Shown here: positions 18,309 through 26,705 of the stretch, one piece after another
How positions within the stretch are numbered: position 1 is the first letter of the stretch
How the letters are laid out: each line of letters starts with the position of its first letter
NCBI GenBank assembly: GCA_044375955.1
Contig: JBILLS010000001.1
Span: 108,912-172,911 of the forward strand
Origin: Candidatus Nanopelagicales bacterium
GTDB lineage: Bacteria > Actinomycetota > Actinomycetes > S36-B12
Length of the DNA: 64,000 nucleotides
Direction: 5' to 3'
Notes under the pieces: model-generated
What the model was told of the DNA's origin: nothing
What the model saw: the letters and a program-made list of their open reading frames with translations, nothing else
The model's database searches: none
Position numbers and translations under genes: made by a program

Positions 18309-19816
18309 GCTGCCTGACCTCCTCTGATCTGGCTTTTCGGTGTCGCCAAGCGCATGACTTCGTCGGGCGAGATTCCGTGACTGCCGTCAAGTTGACCTTG
18401 GATGCGGCCCTCGGCAAAGACATAGACGCGGTGGGAAAGCGCGAGAACCTCTTCCAACTCACTCGAGATGAGAATCGTCGCTGTTCCACCCCTGGCCAGC
18501 TCAATGATCAGTTTGTGGATTTCGTCTTTAGCTCGCACATCGACTCCGCGAGTCGGCTCGTCCAAAATGAGAACCCGTGGCCGTGCCTCGATTGCACGGG
18601 CAAGAATTGATTTCTGTTGATTGCCGCCGCTCAACGTCTCAATGGGTTGAAGAAGACTCTGCAATCGAATATCGAACAATGATTTGGACTCATCAGACGC
18701 CCGACGCAGTTCTTTCGAGCTGAGAAGACCCCACTTGATGAACTGTGAGAGGTTTCCAACATGCAGGTTCTCGTGAACGGATAGGCCGGGAACTATGCCT
18801 TGGTGCTTTCTGTCCTCTGGTACGAGTGCAATTCCCGCCTTGCGGATGGCACTCATTGACCGACCCGAAACTCTTTGACCGTCGAGAACGACTTCCCCGC
18901 TCGTCAATGGATCCGCACCGATGATGGCAAGAGCTGCTTCACTTCGCCCAGATCCCACGAGTCCTGCGAGGCCGATGATCTCGCCATCGTGAACCGTCAT
19001 TGAGATGTCATGGACATTTCGTGTCGATACATCGCGCACTTGAAGGACCAGCGATTCTCCGGGCGCAGGTAGTTCCGTTCGATAGAGTCCAACCGGACGA
19101 TCCACCATGAGGTGGATTAGTTCGTCCTCCTCAACTTCCCCATCAAATGAGCCAACGATCCGCCCATCCCGCATCACGGTTATCTCGTCCGAGATGCGTA
19201 ATACCTCATTGAGACGGTGTGAGATAAAGGCAATTCCACGATCGCCTCTCCTTAGGGCTTCTATTTGACTGAGAATCACCTCACTCGCGTCACCTGACAG
19301 CGCTGCAGTGGGCTCATCGAAGATGATGAACCGCGCATTGAGTGCCAATGCTTTGGCAATTTCGACTAGGTACCCCTGAGCGACAGAGAGCTCGGCTACC
19401 GGGGAGGCAGGGTTGATATCCAGATCTACTGAGGCCAGTGCCTCGCTGACGAATTGTTTCCCGGCACGGCTTCCACGGATCCTCCATGGGGCTCCTCGGG
19501 GACGAGCGAGCATGATGTTGTCGGCGACGGACAACCCGGACACGAGGGCAAGCTCCTGATGGACCATGACGATCCCGAGATCGGTTGCATTCCGTGGGTT
19601 TGACAGCGTCACCTCCTCTCCATTGAGGACGAGGCGCCCCGTGCTAGGGGAGGTGACACCGGCCAATATGCGCATCAAGGTGCTCTTGCCTGCGCCGTTT
19701 TCCCCCACGATCGAATGAACCCTGCCGCCAGTCAAGGCCAAGGTCGCATCACTGAGGACTCGCACTCCGTCGTACGACTTGGAGACGTTCACCGCTCCAA
19801 ATGTCGGGTGAGTCAT
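18305..19816 (-). CDS. sugar ABC transporter ATP-binding protein (double cassette)
   Basis: 503 aa with two Walker A sites (GENGAGKST, GLVGSGRSE), a second-cassette signature LSGGNQQK, and Walker B motifs IFDEPTA and ILDEPTRG. Confidence 0.9.
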   Translation of the reverse strand: MTHPTFGAVNVSKSYDGVRVLSDATLALTGGRVHSIVGENGAGKSTLMRILAGVTSPSTGRLVLNGEEVTLSNPRNATDLGIVMVHQELALVSGLSVADNIMLARPRGAPWRIRGSRAGKQFVSEALASVDLDINPASPVAELSVAQGYLVEIAKALALNARFIIFDEPTAALSGDASEVILSQIEALRRGDRGIAFISHRLNEVLRISDEITVMRDGRIVGSFDGEVEEDELIHLMVDRPVGLYRTELPAPGESLVLQVRDVSTRNVHDISMTVHDGEIIGLAGLVGSGRSEAALAIIGADPLTSGEVVLDGQRVSGRSMSAIRKAGIALVPEDRKHQGIVPGLSVHENLHVGNLSQFIKWGLLSSKELRRASDESKSLFDIRLQSLLQPIETLSGGNQQKSILARAIEARPRVLILDEPTRGVDVRAKDEIHKLIIELARGGTATILISSELEEVLALSHRVYVFAEGRIQGQLDGSHGISPDEVMRLATPKSQIRGGQAA

Positions 19817-20568
19817 GAGACCCCCCGGAATCCGAGCCTTGTAGAAATCGTCGCAGCTGCACGAGTAACGGCTTCGAGGTAGTCGCCGTCCAGTTTGCGC
19901 AAGGGGTCCGCATCAATGACTGAGACAGATAGCGCAGCAACTAGTCGCCCGTCACGGTCAAAGAGAGGCGCAGCGAAGCACGTTACTCCGACGGTTGATT
20001 CTCCCCGATCAACGCAGTAGCCAGATTTCGCAGACTCTCGTACGACGGCAATCAGATCTTCCCGTGTTGCAAGCGTGTTTCCTGTGAGTCGAGGTAGCGC
20101 TTCCGTGGGATAAAGAGCGCGGATCTCATCATCTGTCAAACCCTGCATCAAGATCTTGCCGAGTGCCGTCGCATGAGCAGGGAGACGTTTGCCGACCGCG
20201 CTGACTAATCTGACCGGGCGCTCATTCTCTTCCTTGAGCACGTAGATCACATCGTCGCCGTCGAGGATGCCGACGTGAGCAATCTGCTTGACCTCCGCGA
20301 CTAAATTGCGCAAGGTCTCAGCTGCTGCACCCTCGATGGTCATGTTGTTTGACCATGTCGCGCCCACTTCAAATGCGCGAAGGCCAATCGAATACGCACC
20401 CCCCTGGCCTAGGGATAGGAATCCATGGTCGACGAGGACGCCAAGGAGTCCGTGAAGACTCGAGCGAGGCAAGACCAACTGGTCTCGGATCTCCTTCATG
20501 GAGACCGGCTGTTCCTTCGCGACGAAGGCCAGGATCTCCAGGACCCTATCGGCGGACTTGATTGTCAT
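19813..20568 (-). CDS. IclR-family transcriptional regulator
   Basis: 251 aa with an N-terminal wHTH (ADRVLEILAFVAKEQPVSMKEIRDQL) and a C-terminal IclR effector domain. Confidence 0.85.
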   Translation of the reverse strand: MTIKSADRVLEILAFVAKEQPVSMKEIRDQLVLPRSSLHGLLGVLVDHGFLSLGQGGAYSIGLRAFEVGATWSNNMTIEGAAAETLRNLVAEVKQIAHVGILDGDDVIYVLKEENERPVRLVSAVGKRLPAHATALGKILMQGLTDDEIRALYPTEALPRLTGNTLATREDLIAVVRESAKSGYCVDRGESTVGVTCFAAPLFDRDGRLVAALSVSVIDADPLRKLDGDYLEAVTRAAATISTRLGFRGVS

Positions 20569-21497
20569 TCGACTTTCTCCAATTCAGCGACGAGCACCTC
20601 GGCTGCTCTCCGGCGGAGCTTGATCAGAGACGCGGGGCTGTAGTAGGCCACATGAGGCGTTGCGACGACCCGAGGGTGGAGGGCCAGCTTTGACGCATTC
20701 CCGCTCTCCTGAACGAAAACATCAAGGCCGGCAGCTGCGATAGCCCCTGAATCCAGGGCGGTCACGAGGGCTTCTTCGTCAATAAGTGATCCTCGCGAAA
20801 CGTTCAAGAGAATGGCGCCCGGCTTTACGCGAGCGAACTCTCGCACACTCAAAAGAGAAGCGGAGCCGGGCTGCGCTGGAACGTGGAGTGAGATCACATC
20901 CGAGTTCAAGACTTCCTCGAAACTCACTGACTCGACACCGTGCTCATCCAGGACCGTGGAGTTGACATTCGGATCGTGGGCGCACACTCTGCAGCCAAAT
21001 GCCTGCAAGCGGCGAGCGACAGCTCGAGCAATCTGACCAAATCCGATCAGCCCAATGGTTTTCCCACCTAAGGGCTCAAGTGCGGGGAAATCATGAGGCG
21101 GCGGCCAGGCACCCTTCTTGATTGCCGAATCACATTCTCGGATGCTGCGAGTCAGCGCGAGCAATAGTGCTAGGCAATGGTCCGCAACCTCATCGATGCA
21201 GTAATCATTGATTCCACGTACAGCGACCTGGGCACGTTCAGCGGCATCTAGATCAATCGTGTCCAAGCCGACGCCGTAACGGACTACTGCCTTCAGAGAC
21301 GGCGACTCAGAAATTACAAGCTCAGATATCGGCGCGTATTGCACAAGAAGCCCGGCGCTGCCCTGCGCTGCATCGATGATCTCCTGTTCATTGTGGAGTT
21401 GTCGGATGTCGAGCGAGTATCCAAATTCACCAACGACACCGCGCTCTATGGAGCCATCGCCGAAGTCACAGTCTGTTATAAGAATCTTCTTAGTCAT
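20565..21497 (-). CDS. D-isomer-specific 2-hydroxyacid dehydrogenase family protein
   Basis: I moved the start to ATG 21495-21497 (MTKKILITD), an 8-nt overlap with the upstream stop. NAD motif GLIGFGQIARAV. Confidence 0.8.
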   Translation of the reverse strand: MTKKILITDCDFGDGSIERGVVGEFGYSLDIRQLHNEQEIIDAAQGSAGLLVQYAPISELVISESPSLKAVVRYGVGLDTIDLDAAERAQVAVRGINDYCIDEVADHCLALLLALTRSIRECDSAIKKGAWPPPHDFPALEPLGGKTIGLIGFGQIARAVARRLQAFGCRVCAHDPNVNSTVLDEHGVESVSFEEVLNSDVISLHVPAQPGSASLLSVREFARVKPGAILLNVSRGSLIDEEALVTALDSGAIAAAGLDVFVQESGNASKLALHPRVVATPHVAYYSPASLIKLRRRAAEVLVAELEKVE

Positions 21498-22530
21498 GCG
21501 CGACTCCGTTTGGCATGACGATGACCTTGCCCACGTCATTCGGATTCAGGCACGCCATACGAAAAGCTTCGGCAGTTCTCTCGAGGGGATACTGATGGGA
21601 TATCAGCAGGCTCGGCCTGACGCGACCCTCCGCTAGAAGGGTTAGTGCTTTGGGCCACACGCCCGGGCTTCCCAGAGAACCGATGACCGTTTGGTCACCC
21701 ACCACCAACGCATCAGTGTTGATGGGTACGGTCGGGAGTCCACACAGACCTACCAGCACGGCACGGCCACCATTGGACAGGTGGCCAAGCGCGTCTTGAA
21801 CCCCGCTCGCCGTGCCCGACGCTTCAAGGATCCGATCGAATCGGTGCTCACCGGGTTCGACTGGTGTTGCTCCGAGGTCACGCCCACGATTGCGGCGAGA
21901 CTCCGAAGGCTCTAGGAGAAACGGCCTGGCCCGACCCTCGGCGCGGAGAATCATGACTGCCAATAGACCGATAACGCCCGCTCCGACGATCAGAACCGAC
22001 TCCCGGTTGCCCACCTCGAGTCGTTCCACTGCACGCAGAGCCACCGCTAAAGGCTCTGTCAGGGCGGCGTCTTGAAGGTTCACACCTTTAGGAACTATGT
22101 GAGTGGCCTTCGCAGGAAAGATCATGCGCTCAGTCAGGGCCCCGTCAAGCTTCATGACGCCCGTCTCGAATCTCGCTGTGCACTGGTGATAGTTCGAGTC
22201 CCAGCAGCGCGGACACCGGCCGCATCCGATACTGCACTCCCCCACCACGACGTCACCAGGCGCTAATCCCGTCACCCCTGGTCCTACTTCGAGGATTCGT
22301 CCGACCCACTCGTGGCCCGGAACTAGAGGCAGCTTGGTAAGGCCTTGCCTGAGGTACACCATTGAGCCTTGAAGCAACTCTTGGTCAGTCGCACAAACCC
22401 CAACAATGAGTGGCTCGATGGCGACTTGGTTCTGAGGAGGGGCAAATGGCGAACGTTCAACAACCTCGAGGACGTCTGCCCCTCGGATCTCAACGGCCCT
22501 CAACCGTTCACATCCCTGAACACAATTCAT
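21490..22530 (-). CDS. zinc-dependent alcohol/polyol dehydrogenase (MDR family)
   Basis: 346 aa with GHEWVG, a structural-zinc Cys cluster (CGRCPRCWDSNYHQC) and NAD motif GAGVIGLL. A TTG start at 22503 is an alternative. Confidence 0.85.
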   Translation of the reverse strand: MNCVQGCERLRAVEIRGADVLEVVERSPFAPPQNQVAIEPLIVGVCATDQELLQGSMVYLRQGLTKLPLVPGHEWVGRILEVGPGVTGLAPGDVVVGECSIGCGRCPRCWDSNYHQCTARFETGVMKLDGALTERMIFPAKATHIVPKGVNLQDAALTEPLAVALRAVERLEVGNRESVLIVGAGVIGLLAVMILRAEGRARPFLLEPSESRRNRGRDLGATPVEPGEHRFDRILEASGTASGVQDALGHLSNGGRAVLVGLCGLPTVPINTDALVVGDQTVIGSLGSPGVWPKALTLLAEGRVRPSLLISHQYPLERTAEAFRMACLNPNDVGKVIVMPNGVAHD

Positions 22531-22570
22531 ACATGTAGACAGCCTATGGGCAAGGCTGGGGAAATCAAGG

Positions 22571-22606
22571 CGCGTTTCCGAATCGTTACGCGCTTCCGCA
22601 TCGTTG
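22571..22606. repeat. tandem 18-nt repeat in the island operon upstream region
   Basis: CGCGTTTCCGAATCGTTA followed directly by CGCGCTTCCGCATCGTTG (15/18 identical). It lies 41-76 nt upstream of the ADH start and 38 nt past the dnaB stop. Confidence 0.5.
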
Positions 22607-22644
22607 CCTCGAGCGCACCCGTGGCAGCGCGGGCATAAGCCCTG

Positions 22645-22708
22645 CTAGGACTGCGCCATGTCCACGAAGCGTGAGTAGTGACCCTGGAAGGCAACCGTGA
22701 TGGTCGCG
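22645..22708 (-). repeat. right direct repeat (3' end of the live dnaB)
   Basis: 61/64 identical to 13062-13125 and covers the last 20 codons plus stop of dnaB. Confidence 0.85.
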
Positions 22709-25062
22709 GTGGGTCCGTTGCGGTGCTTGGCGACGATGAAGTCAGCTTCACCGGCACGCGGTGACTCACGCTCGTAGAAATCTTCGCGGTGAAGGAGCAC
22801 AACCATGTCTGCGTCCTGCTCCAGTGAGTTGTGCACCGCGACGCCATCGGCGATGAAGTTGTGCGTTCCCAGCACCTCGGCGTCGAACACGTCCATCTCA
22901 CCGAGTGACTCGACACCTACGACTTCATCCCAGTAGACATCGTTCGTGGCGATCATCTCGAGCTCCTCGGATTCGAGGACGGTGGCCACCCGTTGCAGAC
23001 GCTGCCTGCTGGGCGCCGACTTCCAGAGCGTGCTGCCGCAGTACTGGGTTCCCAGTTTCGACTGGAACTCGCGATGGGTCATGCCCTTCTCACCGATGAT
23101 CTCGCGTACCTGATTCCACACGTCGACGGGAACCGTGTCACGCTTCGGATTCGAATCGATGTCCTCGAGGATGCGCAAGAGCCGACGCCCGGTTGTTCCA
23201 CGCGACCCGTACGCATTGATCCGACGAAGGAATACCTTCTGGTCGGCTGCTCCGGAGATATCCACGTGGTACCCATCTCGGAAACCGCTCTTGCGGGCGA
23301 CACGAATTCGCGTGTGGATCCCGAATCGAAGGAGCAGACGCGACACGCCATCGGCGAGAGCTCGGCTCGTCGACGCGTAGTAGATGCGCCCTCCGCGCTC
23401 GTGCGGCGAGATGAGGATCGATCCGTCTGTCGCCCAGAGATGACGCAGGAAGAGTGCGATCTGCTCCTTGGGCAACGAGAAGACCGGTTCCGGGATGGCG
23501 GTCACACTCACGGAGGTCGACTCATCGCAGAGCGATTGAGCAAGAACGATGACCCGCTCATCCGACCACTCGGTGACCCGGGTGGGGGCGGGGACGTGGC
23601 GCGGGATGGCGATCCGATCACCGGAATCCAACGCACCCAAGGACGTCCAACCATGGAAAGTCAGGAATGGGTGGTTGGCCGTGGCGTCGACGACCCGTCC
23701 GCTCGCCGTGCGGAGGCGGAAGACTTCCTTCCGACCCGTGGAGAACACATGGGTCAACGGACGAGACACGTAGCGCAGGGAATCATCGAGGGACCACACG
23801 GGGATATCGCGCTCTCCTGAGGCGAACAGTTCACCCATGGTTACTTCCGCACCGTTGTCGGCCCGTAGCACGCGTGTGGTGGCAGGAAGGCAACCCGACT
23901 CACGAAGGTCCGACAGCATCGGTCGCTTGTCTTGGCGCTGTTCCGGACCGCGGTTGAGCTGGCTGATCGCAATGACGGGCACGTCGAGTTCCTTCGCGAG
24001 CAGCTTCAACGAACGTGAGAATTCCGACACTTCCTGCTGACGACTCTCGACGCGCTTACCGCTCGTCATCAATTGCAGGTAGTCGACGACGACGAGTCGT
24101 AGATCGTGTCGCTGCTTCAGGCGCCGGCATTTCGCGCGAATCTCCATGAGAGTCAGGTTGGGTGAATCATCGATGAACAGGGGGGCGTCGTTGACCGTTC
24201 CCATCTTCTGGGCGAGCTTGGTCCAGTCGGTGTCGGTCATAGTGCCGGTGCGCATGTGATGCATGGACACCTGCGCTTCAGCGGCAAGCAAACGCATCAC
24301 GATCTCATTGCGACTCATCTCCAAGGAGAAGATCACGCTGGTGAGACCGTGCTTGATGGATGCCGCACGACAAATATCGATACCGAGCGTGCTTTTGCCA
24401 ATCGAAGGCCGTGCAGCCAGAATCACGAGTTGGCCCGGATGCAGACCGTTGGTGAGCGAATCCAGATCGGTGAATCCGGTGGGAACGCCGACCATCTCAC
24501 CGTCACGATTAGAGATCGCCTCGATCTCGGTGAGTGCCTCGTTCATCACGGCACTCAGCGGGAGGTAGTCGTCACTGTTCCTACGTTCCGTGACCTCGTA
24601 GACCTCGGCTTGCGCGCGATCGACGATGTCGTCGACCTCACCCGTTCCGCTATAGCCCATCTGCGTGATGCGCGTTCCGGCCTCGACGAGGCGGCGCAGG
24701 ATCGCCTGCTCGCGCACGATGCGTGCGTAGTAGTTGGCATTCGCGGCCGTGGGGACCATCGACACGAGTGTGTGGAGGTAACTGGCACCACCGATGCGTG
24801 AGATCTCCGCGCTCTTCGTGAGTTCGGCCGAGAGGGTCACCGCATCGGCGGGTTCCCCGCGCCCATAGAGATCGAGGATCGATCCGTAGATGACCTGGTG
24901 CGCCGGTCGATAGAAGTCCGTCTCGCGAATCACCTCGACGACGTCGGCGATCGCGTCTTTACTCAGCAACATCGCGCCGAGAACGGATTGCTCAGCAGCG
25001 ATGTCCTGGGGCGGGGTGCGATCGGCGGGCTGATCAGGAAGCGGCAATTCCGCGACGCTCAC
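22645..25062 (-). CDS. dnaB: replicative DNA helicase DnaB, intein-containing
   Basis: 805 aa with a GTG start preceded by GGGGAGGGA. Walker A ARPSIGKST. The RESG / S(L)EQDAD motif is split by a 355-aa insert. Confidence 0.95.
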   Translation of the reverse strand: MSVAELPLPDQPADRTPPQDIAAEQSVLGAMLLSKDAIADVVEVIRETDFYRPAHQVIYGSILDLYGRGEPADAVTLSAELTKSAEISRIGGASYLHTLVSMVPTAANANYYARIVREQAILRRLVEAGTRITQMGYSGTGEVDDIVDRAQAEVYEVTERRNSDDYLPLSAVMNEALTEIEAISNRDGEMVGVPTGFTDLDSLTNGLHPGQLVILAARPSIGKSTLGIDICRAASIKHGLTSVIFSLEMSRNEIVMRLLAAEAQVSMHHMRTGTMTDTDWTKLAQKMGTVNDAPLFIDDSPNLTLMEIRAKCRRLKQRHDLRLVVVDYLQLMTSGKRVESRQQEVSEFSRSLKLLAKELDVPVIAISQLNRGPEQRQDKRPMLSDLRESGCLPATTRVLRADNGAEVTMGELFASGERDIPVWSLDDSLRYVSRPLTHVFSTGRKEVFRLRTASGRVVDATANHPFLTFHGWTSLGALDSGDRIAIPRHVPAPTRVTEWSDERVIVLAQSLCDESTSVSVTAIPEPVFSLPKEQIALFLRHLWATDGSILISPHERGGRIYYASTSRALADGVSRLLLRFGIHTRIRVARKSGFRDGYHVDISGAADQKVFLRRINAYGSRGTTGRRLLRILEDIDSNPKRDTVPVDVWNQVREIIGEKGMTHREFQSKLGTQYCGSTLWKSAPSRQRLQRVATVLESEELEMIATNDVYWDEVVGVESLGEMDVFDAEVLGTHNFIADGVAVHNSLEQDADMVVLLHREDFYERESPRAGEADFIVAKHRNGPTATITVAFQGHYSRFVDMAQS
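22828..23892 (-). mobile_element. DnaB intein with LAGLIDADG-type endonuclease-like insert
   Basis: Covers aa 391-745. It begins with Cys after RESG, has block B TANHPF, and ends VAVHN followed by Ser. Internal motifs are FLRHLWATDGSI and FLRRINAYGSRG. Removing it restores the contiguous RESGSLEQDAD. Confidence 0.9.
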
Positions 25063-25130
25063 GACATCCCTCCCCGACGGCTCACCCCGTGTCTACACGG
25101 AGGGTCCGACGTTAGGGAGACGACGCACGC

Positions 25131-25290
25131 ATGTCCACGAGGCCTGTGGGCGCAGGTGTGGAGAGATTGGGGAGATCCCCAGGAACGTGTGGGGGATGCC
25201 TGGGGATCTCCTGGGGACAGTGAGCCCGTTTTGACCGAGGAATGCCGTGATCGTGAGGAGCGGGCTATCCCGAGGCTGTGGAGGAAAGAT
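25131..25290. promoter_or_regulatory. cluster of DnaA-box-like 9-mers upstream of dnaB
   Basis: ATGTCCACG (25131), TGTGGAGAG (25157), TGGGGAGATCCCCA (25168-25181), TGTGGGGGA (25188), TGGGGATCT (25201), TGGGGACAG (25212) and TGTGGAGGA (25277). All differ from TTGTCCACA by 2 or more positions. Confidence 0.3.
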
Positions 25291-25299
25291 TCTTTTCTG

Positions 25300-25605
25300 C
25301 TACGTCGACATCGTCGCGGCCTCGAGGGCCTCGAGCAAGACCGCGGCACCGAACAGCAGGGTGAGAAGGACACCGAGGGCAACACCCACGATGCCCAACC
25401 ACATCCCCCACTGCGCCATCGGTTTGTTCGTGGCCACACCTTCATTGGCCTTCCGGATACCGATGGCACCGAAGATGATCGCGAGTATCGAAGGAATGCC
25501 GAGGGTGCCCCATCCAAGTGCGAGACCGACGATGCCCAGCACTAGGGCGGCGATACCGAAACCATTCTGGGCGTCCGTCCGCCCCATCACCTGGCTCTGC
25601 GTCAT
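25300..25605 (-). CDS. DUF4190-like small membrane protein
   Basis: 101 aa with two or three TM helices (GFGIAALVLGIVGLALGW, ILAIIFGAIGI), typical of the DUF4190 family. Confidence 0.7.
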   Translation of the reverse strand: MTQSQVMGRTDAQNGFGIAALVLGIVGLALGWGTLGIPSILAIIFGAIGIRKANEGVATNKPMAQWGMWLGIVGVALGVLLTLLFGAAVLLEALEAATMST

Positions 25606-25692
25606 CGCTCACTCCTTCCGCGGTTGGTGTTCCGACGTTAGGTGAGCCGCATACCTCGACGTCGACGCGTCACTGGTCCGTGACCGGTCACA

Positions 25693-26226
25693 GTGTCGAG
25701 TGCGCACGGTCGCTACCCTGCCCCGGTGGCGTACCGCATCACCGCCGTGTGTCTAGGCAATATCTGCCGCTCCCCGATGGCCGAGGCGGTTATCCGTGAC
25801 CGTGTCGCGGCCGCCGGCCTCGACGACCTCGTCATCGTCGACTCGGCGGGCACCGGCGACTGGCACGTGGGTGGACCAGCAGACCCCCGGGCGCGCGCCA
25901 CCCTCGACGCTGCCTCCTACGCCCATAACCATCGCGCACGCCAGATCGATCCGACCTGGATCGCCGACATCGATCTGCTCCTCGCCATGGACTCGTCGAA
26001 CTACGCCAACCTCCAGGCGATGGTGGAGGCGTCCGGGGTCGACGTGGACCTGCGCATGTTCCGGAGCTTCGATCCGCAGCTGGCACACCTCGGCGAGCCC
26101 CATCCCGACCTCGATGTCCCCGATCCCTACTACGGATCACACGACGGATTCACCGAGGTCCTGGAAATGCTCGAGCGGGCAGCCGACGCGCTTGTCGTCG
26201 AACTGCCCGCTCGCGTGCAGTCGTAG
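25693..26226 (+). CDS. low-molecular-weight protein-tyrosine phosphatase
   Basis: Active site CLGNICRSP (CX5R-S) and a DPYYG loop. The start is uncertain, with GTG at 25693 or 25726. Confidence 0.85.
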   Translation: MSSAHGRYPAPVAYRITAVCLGNICRSPMAEAVIRDRVAAAGLDDLVIVDSAGTGDWHVGGPADPRARATLDAASYAHNHRARQIDPTWIADIDLLLAMDSSNYANLQAMVEASGVDVDLRMFRSFDPQLAHLGEPHPDLDVPDPYYGSHDGFTEVLEMLERAADALVVELPARVQS

Positions 26227-26229
26227 CCG

Positions 26230-26580
26230 CTACCCGACAGGGGCACCGAAGCGGTTGTCGCCCGCCGTTCCCTTGGACGCCATGAAAACGATGATGATGA
26301 TCCAACCGACGATCGGAATGAGTTGGATCAACACCCACCAGCCGCTCTTATCCGTGTCATGCAAGCGCCGGACCGTGACCGCCAAAGTGGGTAGGAACAG
26401 CGCCAACGCAAAGATGAGGAGCAGGACGTTGTTCGCTCCGATTGCACTGTCGATGAATGCGATGATGAACGTCGCAATGACGTAGACCAGGTAGTACCAC
26501 CAGAATTCTGGGCGGGACGCACGTCCCCTGAAGACCGCGTAATTCTTGAGAACCGTGGATACGGATTGACCGATAGACAT
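26230..26580 (-). CDS. DUF805-family membrane protein
   Basis: 116 aa with RASRPEFWWYYL and RRLHDTDKSGWW, the hallmarks of DUF805/YhaH-like proteins. Confidence 0.8.
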   Translation of the reverse strand: MSIGQSVSTVLKNYAVFRGRASRPEFWWYYLVYVIATFIIAFIDSAIGANNVLLLIFALALFLPTLAVTVRRLHDTDKSGWWVLIQLIPIVGWIIIIVFMASKGTAGDNRFGAPVG

Positions 26581-26663
26581 GAGGCTCCTCTCCTCCGCTG
26601 GATAGTGTCCTCCTCCCAGCTACCCCGCGGGGTGAAACACGCGGATCGATGCAAGGAAATTGT

Positions 26664-26691
26664 GGAGGGGCCGGCATAGGCCGACCCCTCC
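26664..26691 (-). terminator. stem-loop after rplI
   Basis: GGAGGGG-C-CGGC ATAG GCCG-A-CCCCTCC: 11 bp paired with one mismatch, 15 nt past the rplI stop. On the minus strand it is followed by ACAATTTCC. Confidence 0.5.
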
Positions 26692-26705
26692 GCACGCTGT
26701 TCGAC

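Larger units (their letters stand above)
13062..22708. mobile_element. candidate integrated genomic island at the dnaB 3' end (no recombinase seen)
   Basis: 64-nt direct repeats sit at both borders. The interior is one minus-strand gene block. Hand-counted sample lines give about 45-55% G+C inside against about 70% in core genes. Confidence 0.55.

Noticed and set aside
22645-25062. dnaB at 805 codons looked like a possible gene fusion or mis-assembly.
   Set aside because: It is fully explained by an in-frame intein with canonical splice junctions, and the exteins rejoin into a normal ~450-aa DnaB.
25059-25517. 152-aa ORF (and 24898-25545 on the + strand) covering the dnaB upstream region.
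   Set aside because: The translation is Ser/Arg/Pro-rich with no start context, and it overlaps the well-supported DUF4190 gene. The region is better explained as the dnaB promoter/leader.
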